Source: Marsupella aquatica
Lineage: Eukaryota > Plantae > Marchantiophyta
DNA length: 64,000 nt
Reading direction: 5' to 3'
Assembly (NCBI GenBank): GCA_973895155.1
Contig: OZ316898.1
Span: 17,846,752-17,910,751 of the forward strand
Position 1 is the first letter of the stretch; each line of letters begins with the position of its first letter. Under the pieces are notes generated by a model. That model did no database searches, had not been told where the DNA came from, and worked only from the letters and a program-made list of their open reading frames with translations. Shown in pieces: positions 57,597 to 64,000 of the stretch. The position numbers were made by a program, and so were the translations under genes.

Positions 57597-60504
57597 TTAT
57601 AAATATTTAGCTGGAATCAACTCATCTACAGTGAAGACCTTATACATCAGCCGCCTCATTTCTGGTCGTCCATAGACTACATAGCCAAGACCATGAATAG
57701 CATGTTGCACACTTGTAGTTGCAAAGTTGCGCAGGCGACGATTTCTCTCAAACTGCTCTACACGTTCTTCACCGTATATGATATGATAATGCATTTTTTT
57801 CTCTCTCAAGGTTCTTCCGCATATCCGATTCAAAAATTGCAATCGATGCTTATTATTTAACCATAGGGCTGGTCCATCTAAATGTTTCATCAGAATTTGT
57901 TCAGCCCCAACCACATCCTACCAGACAAAAAAAAACTCTGCATATGTTAGTAGATCCAAACATTTCTCTGTGCATCTTGGGATAGAATAAAAAAAGCACG
58001 AGATTTTCAGAACAGGGGCATTGTAGCAAACCAAGAAAAAAGAAAAAGGAAAGACTACTTGCAGTGGGCAGAGCAGATGGGCTAAATTTCTCACTAGCAC
58101 AGTCATAGCAAAGTTGTGGCAAAATACCTTAACGGAATATTTATTCCAATATCTCATCTAGAATTGACGCCTAAACCCTAAAGAGGACTTCTTTTACTCT
58201 CAATGGAAATGCACCTTAATTTTCGATCCCAAGTATTCCAATCTGTCGTAACAGAATCGAGGATGATCTCCTTTGTACTTTGATGGGTGAAGAAAACACA
58301 ACTGCGTATTCAGAGGCCACAGAAAATTCATCTCGAGATTTTGAGAAGGATACCGTTGATATGGAGGTAGGGCCACGTTAGTAAGCCGCCAATGGCAGCT
58401 TTGGAAAATCTGATTAAACCACAAATCCAAGGAAAAAGCATGTGAACAATTGGGTCATAAAACATTACGGGTCAAAGCTAGCAAGTCAGAGCATGCACCT
58501 GAAGTCCCAGGTCAAGTTCGAGATTCCTGGCCTCGGTCATCTCTTTTGAAGAGCCTGCCACATGGCGAGGATAATCCAATATGCCTTTAACAGCTGAGAG
58601 ATGCATCATCTCCCAGCCATTTCCTCGGAATCGATGCAATCCAGGTGGAACACATGCTCGAAAAAGTCGTGGTAACGCAAAGAGTGAATCAGTGGGCGCC
58701 TGACGTAGTTAAGCCATCAAAACATAGTAACAGATTATCAGTATCTTTTGCAGTTAGGTTGAAGACATTGAGAGTGTTACAATACAATTAACATACCATG
58801 GACCCAGGAGGGACCAAATTCTGGCACCAGAAAGACCAAATAGACTTCGTTGCGCCTATTTTCCTGGGAGTGAATGAATTGCCGTAGATACATTTGGCAG
58901 CGACGCAGTTTCGATGCTGATCATCTTTTCATTTACTGTAACCTTACTGAGTAGTTAAGTGGAGCTTCTAAGTTTACTTCTCCACATATTTTGCGACGGG
59001 CCGACCACTCCTAGCGTGCACTGTGTACTTATCATACAAACAAAACGATCGATTATCATTCAGTCTCAGTAGTTGGATTCATGGTTATGTCCCTCTGCCC
59101 ATAAATGAGAATGCATCCCCGGACAGTGCAATGTACCTCATGGCAGTACAAATAAGACCATCGACTTCCCTCACCTCATAAGATACAATGTCCTGCCAGG
59201 TCTTTACGGACTCAAGATCAGGTGAGAGATAGTCTATATCCTCAAGAACATCACGTTCCCTCGGTTGGGCCGTTGGTGCGTCCAAATCCATTCCAAATAC
59301 TTCAAATAACAGTCGATACACCTCTGACATCCCCAAGGTCAGGTACGTCGCAGCAACTAGTGCCCAAAAAACACCCCTGCACTCAGCCCACAAAATTGTC
59401 CATAAATCTACAGATCCCCCCCCAAAAACTTGCTATGGTGACCGTCTTTTGGTGATGATTGAGATGGCTTCCAATTGGGCAGAGCTTGGCACACAGAGGT
59501 GACTGAGTAAGTTCAGTTCAGCTCCCTTTTCCAACGATGCTCCTTTCAGCTAAACCTACGGTACATAAGAAGCGGCAACTAGAAACTCGAAAAGCTGATG
59601 TGCGACGTATGTATATTCAGACTGATCAATGTATGGGAAAAGACTTCAGAGGAAAGTACCTGCAGGCCGCCTGCTTTTCGTGTCCTCTCAGCCCCTCCAA
59701 TTCTTCATCGTGAAACAAAATCCGGTCCAAGGAAGCCTGTTCGAACCAGTATGGGAGCACCTTTTTGCTCGTCAAATTAAATACTCTATCCCTCATTGGT
59801 CCGACTCTCTCTCTGGGATAAATCTGTAGAAAGAGCTCACAGAATGCGAGCTCTGTCACAAACTGCCCCAGAAACCAAAGACGCGAGTGGCCTATTCCTA
59901 CCCATTTTGTTTTACCACGACGAGTGAACTGATGATTGAATGCGAGGAAAAGAAGGGAATCCAAATGGCTGGCAGGACTATCTTCCCGAGGCTCTAGAGC
60001 TTCAAGGTCGTAACCTAAAGCATTCTTCGCCTCAAGGAGAAATTCGTCCATCCATTGCTCATCGTCTTTCGTCAGCCTTTTCACAGGGAGACAGGAGCTC
60101 AACAAAGGGAAGGACTTCAGCTGCAATTGCGGACTTTCAAGGAACCGTTCCGCCAATTTCTGGTCACTCAGCGGCGGCTTCAGAATCAGCTGTCGCAGAG
60201 TAGGACTCTTCTTCTCCCCCTGTTGCTTTGGGAGGGAAGGACGGGACGCGATACTGTCCTCCTCCACAGGATCAGAGAGCGTCGACAGGCTGCACACAAA
60301 TGCAGGTCGCTTTCTCCGTGCCCCATCACTAATCCAACCATTTCGCGAAGGTCTGAGAGGAGCTGAAGCGAGAGAGTGAGCGGACGAGAGATCAATCAAA
60401 CTGGAAGGACGAGTAGCAGTCGTGGCAGAATTCGAAGAGGAGAGCGTTACGAGAGAGGCAGTAAGCAACAATTGTGGCGAATGCCACAGCAGCGGCTGTG
60501 CCAT
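57597..60504 (-). CDS. RNC1: Chloroplast RNase III domain-containing group II intron splicing factor; exons approx. 60504-59660, 59377-59178, 58699-58499, 58304-58215, 57920-57597
   Basis: Ser/Thr-rich transit peptide; LKPPLSDQKLAERFLESPQLQLKSFPLLSSCLP; GHSRLWFLGQFV; EVYRLLFEVFGMD; PRLFRACVPPGLHRFRGN; LCFLHPSKYKGDHPRFCYDRLEY; NRRLRNFATTSVQHAIHGL. An upstream start near 60564 is possible. Confidence 0.95.
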
Positions 60505-63164
60505 GAACACAGCAAATCCCTGATTCAATGCAGCAGACAGACTTGTTGTTTCAGAATGTCTCAATCAATCAGCATCGAGCATCGATCAATGAAATCCATT
60601 TCTCCTGTCGAATCCCACCCAGGTTGCTTCCAACAGTCGTTCCCGAGATCTTTTTGGATTTCGACTCAAATGAGTGAGAATTGTTAGCACCACAGAAGCG
60701 AAGGCGGAGGCCTCAGTGCCCGCGTTCTCCTGTACAATCCAAATCAAAGTGATTTCGGGGCCGAAGTTGTTTTTGTACTTCGATGAGCTAGAAAGCAGCA
60801 GCTCCGGAAGCTATGGCGGAGGGCGGAGGGCGGAGGCGGAATCAGTCGGGATAATAAGGTTTTCCCCTATTAGTGGGGTCTGGGTGGGGATCAGTGGTTT
60901 TTCGTTATTAGGGGGGTCTCAAATCGGTCTCAAATCTTCAAGGTTTTTCCTTACTATGGGGCTTCCTTACTATGTAGGGGTTTTGGGTTTCATATATGGA
61001 TATTAGGGGGTCTCAAATAGGTCTCAAATGGGGTTTCCTTAATTACTAGGGGTTTTGGGTTTCATATATCCGTTTTGCTCATTTTTTAGCCGCGACCGTC
61101 TGAATTTCAACTCGGACTGCCATGAGAGTGCCCAAGGATCATATTTGAGGCCCCCTGTTAGCCCAGAGTGGCAAATGTCAGGTATGTAAAGAAGAAGATG
61201 TTAGGAATGTTTTTATCTCAAAATTCCCAAATAATTTTTTGGCCCTTAGATCTCTCTAGATTGAAGGATGGCCATTAGATTCTGGCAGATGGGGTGTGTG
61301 ACTTGGTGGGAAACTGGCAGATAGGACCCTGAGAAGAAGAGCAGAATTGCATATTATAACATTGAGACTTGCAATCAAAGCCTACCTTTCATGACCTACT
61401 CGTAGACTGCAGCCATTGGTCATAATTTATCTTAGAACAACAAATTTTGATTATTAGACTATGCTCAAGCCCGTGCTCGAGTGGGGACAGGTAATGGGAG
61501 TTTGGGTACGGAGAGCCCTTCTGCATGCACACAGGTATTTGGGCTGGTACACTATAAGTCACAATTGAAGTGGGGATTGAAGTCTATTGTTCATGACTTA
61601 CTCGGTGGAGTGAAGCCATAGGCCATCATTTATTCTCAAGTAATAACAAATTTTGATGTTTAGGGCCAACTTACATGTGGGCAGCCTTTTCTTTTGCAGC
61701 CATGATATGATTGACTGGCAGTAACTTCAACACACAGGGTTACTCCTACAAACAAAACAGGGTTTACGGTTTAAGCAGGTACTAATGAATGACTGATTAC
61801 CTTTGGGGGGATAGGCGGGCATTTGGTACCATTAATTAAGTACAAGGGTAATATTGCGATATATATTTTATTACTTGTGAATGAATACAAAGAGCCCAAA
61901 ATGCAGGTTTTGAAACAACTTGAAATCTCCCCTCCAGTCTGATGAATCCACCACCAGCAGATAACTGAAAGGGACCATAGGGTAATATAACTTGGAAAGA
62001 CATTTTGCGTCAGGTAAAGCTCTCCTTGGAAGAAGCTGTCCAAAACAAAGGCCTCAGATTTGCCTGCCAGATGGGTTTCATTTTGGACATGAAGATCGAT
62101 ATACAGCACACTGCCAATTGGAAAAATAAAATGTGCCAAATCGGGAGGGATCAAAGGCAGGAGATCCAATGAAGGGGAGAAATCAAAAGAAAATCGCCAA
62201 GTAGACCAAAGAGCCTGAGAGGTCCCAACAAGTGTCCATAGAGAAACGACGAAGTGTAGTAACAATGAATTGTTTGAGAGGTCACGGAAGACAGATATGA
62301 AAATCTCAAAAGCCTTCTCTCATTCATGAGAGCGCTGTTTATTTAGCCCTAGTTGGAAGTGCTGGAGCTTCTTTTGAGCTTCAATGGGGATCAAGCCCAC
62401 AAGAATAGAAGTTTTTGAACAGGATCCACTAATCGGTGCCCACTTCACACATCATGCACAGACTGATGAAGTACTTCACCTGTAGCGAGAGATAATAATA
62501 AGCTGATGTTGAGGAGACATGTAGGCTTTGGGATGGTGAAGAGGCCTAGGACCCGAGTGGTATCCTGAAGCTTGCTTGATAGATACTAAATATCTTGGCC
62601 TTACCATACGATACTCAATCAAAGCGTTGTCCTGCCGTTCAAAAGCTGCAGTCTAATCCAAAGAGTCTTGGGAGGCGTGGCAGGGGTGAAGCTACCCGTG
62701 CAAAGAAAGAGGCCTAGTTACTGCAGAAAACAGAGCGTACAATAAATATTTGTTAGTCACTTGGACGAGAGGTGACTCAATTCTACCTGCAAGCATCATC
62801 AAAACCAAAGAAACGGTACATCTGAAATATCCAAGATATCCATGCGTGTTCACTCTTCCCATCCCACTTGATGCTATGACTAATGAGGACAGAAAATAGT
62901 ATGGTGCTATGTGAAAAAAGATTTCATGTGTTCTAAACGCTTTGCAATACTTGGCCCGGACAAATTACAGCCATTGAGATTATACCATTGATCACAAGCA
63001 TCCTTGTTTAGCATGCTTTTCTCAGGGTAAGTGAGAATAGCACATTTAGAGTCTGTACAGCAAGTCCGACGACATTTTTGGTAGTCACTTACATATGAAC
63101 AAACTCACCTTTGTTCGTTCATACTAGTCAAAGAAGGTGCCAAATACACCCACTGCAAGTACAG

Positions 63165-63930
63165 TCAACACCAACTTGAGAGCATACGCTGATAAACCTG
63201 TGCCCCAACATATCGTAGAAACGTCTTAGCTACAGGATAGACTGTAGAGCAGCAGGACCACCAAGCAGATGCTAAGGAATCCAGTGAAATGGAATCATCT
63301 AATTTCAGTGAATATAATGGTGTTGTGTACGGGAAACTCATACATGGACATCGATTTCGACACTTACTTGACCCAACGGCACAACTCATCACTGAGGTAA
63401 CTGGTATTCGATTACTTTCAAGGTCCATGATGGTTTGTGAGACCAATGCCGATGTGCCCAAATACTGTCTTGTAAGCTGCGTAACTTCCCCTAGGCCCTG
63501 CGTACTGTCGATGACAGCAGTCAGCGTTGGCATTTGACGGGCCTCCAATTGATCTAATTACCAACACTGAGCACTTCAGAGCCTTTCCCTTTTCTTTTAT
63601 CAAATTCGCTCTAGGAACTTCTTCATTCCTTAGTTATTGTCAAGGACCAACTTGTTAACGAAATGGAAATATACCTCACAGACAGCATATAGTTCTGCCA
63701 GTTTCTTCCTGTGTAGAGGGACTCTGTCCACTTAGCTGCCAGCAGAGTTTTGATGATAGCTTGCTTTCGAGATACTGGTAAGGAATTTTGCGTCATCACA
63801 ACATTGGCCGGAACATTGGCAAACCTAGGACAGAGTTTTATAATGAAGTTAGAATTCTTGTTTATGTAAACCTGTCGCGGAGATGGGCCAAGAAATTCAA
63901 TCTGGAATGCCGTCAAGGGCACTAACATTC
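63165..63930 (-). pseudogene. Decayed coding-like segment, paralogous to 55950-56600; may continue past the window edge
   Basis: Translated similarity across frames: PLHRKKLAEL, KKFLERI, DSTQ.L..V, QYLGT..L.S.TIMDLESNR..VT occur in both copies. Confidence 0.5.
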
Positions 63931-64000
63931 ATGCAGAAGACCAATCAGCTTCCATGCAAGAATGACAGGAAAGTTTAGATTGTCAACGTCATATACTATG

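Overview
Eukaryotic land-plant nuclear DNA: spliced genes, a chloroplast splicing factor and TTTAGGG motifs. A bryophyte, possibly a liverwort, is my inference only. The first ~27 kb is a transposon nest. A minus-strand Mutator-like element (MULE; right terminus ~19124) has its transposase split by a 13.06-kb Ty3/Gypsy LTR retrotransposon (4332-17393, ACAAT target-site duplication). That retrotransposon has a decayed gag-pol and a ~3.3-kb extra 3' module containing a second aspartic-protease-like domain and a duplicated PPT. Next is a 4.2-kb TG...TA/CA-bounded, solo-LTR-like element (22270-26464) enclosing an uninterrupted 616-codon ORF. The rest holds four recognisable multi-exon host genes: eIF3c (+), a UBP3/UBP4-type ubiquitin protease (+), a TBC/Rab-GAP (-) and RNC1 (-). 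Between them are tandem-repeat arrays, MULE-type MITEs with 9-bp TSDs and decayed fragments. No rRNA, tRNA or CRISPR array was seen. All identifications are by eye and recall; no searches were run.
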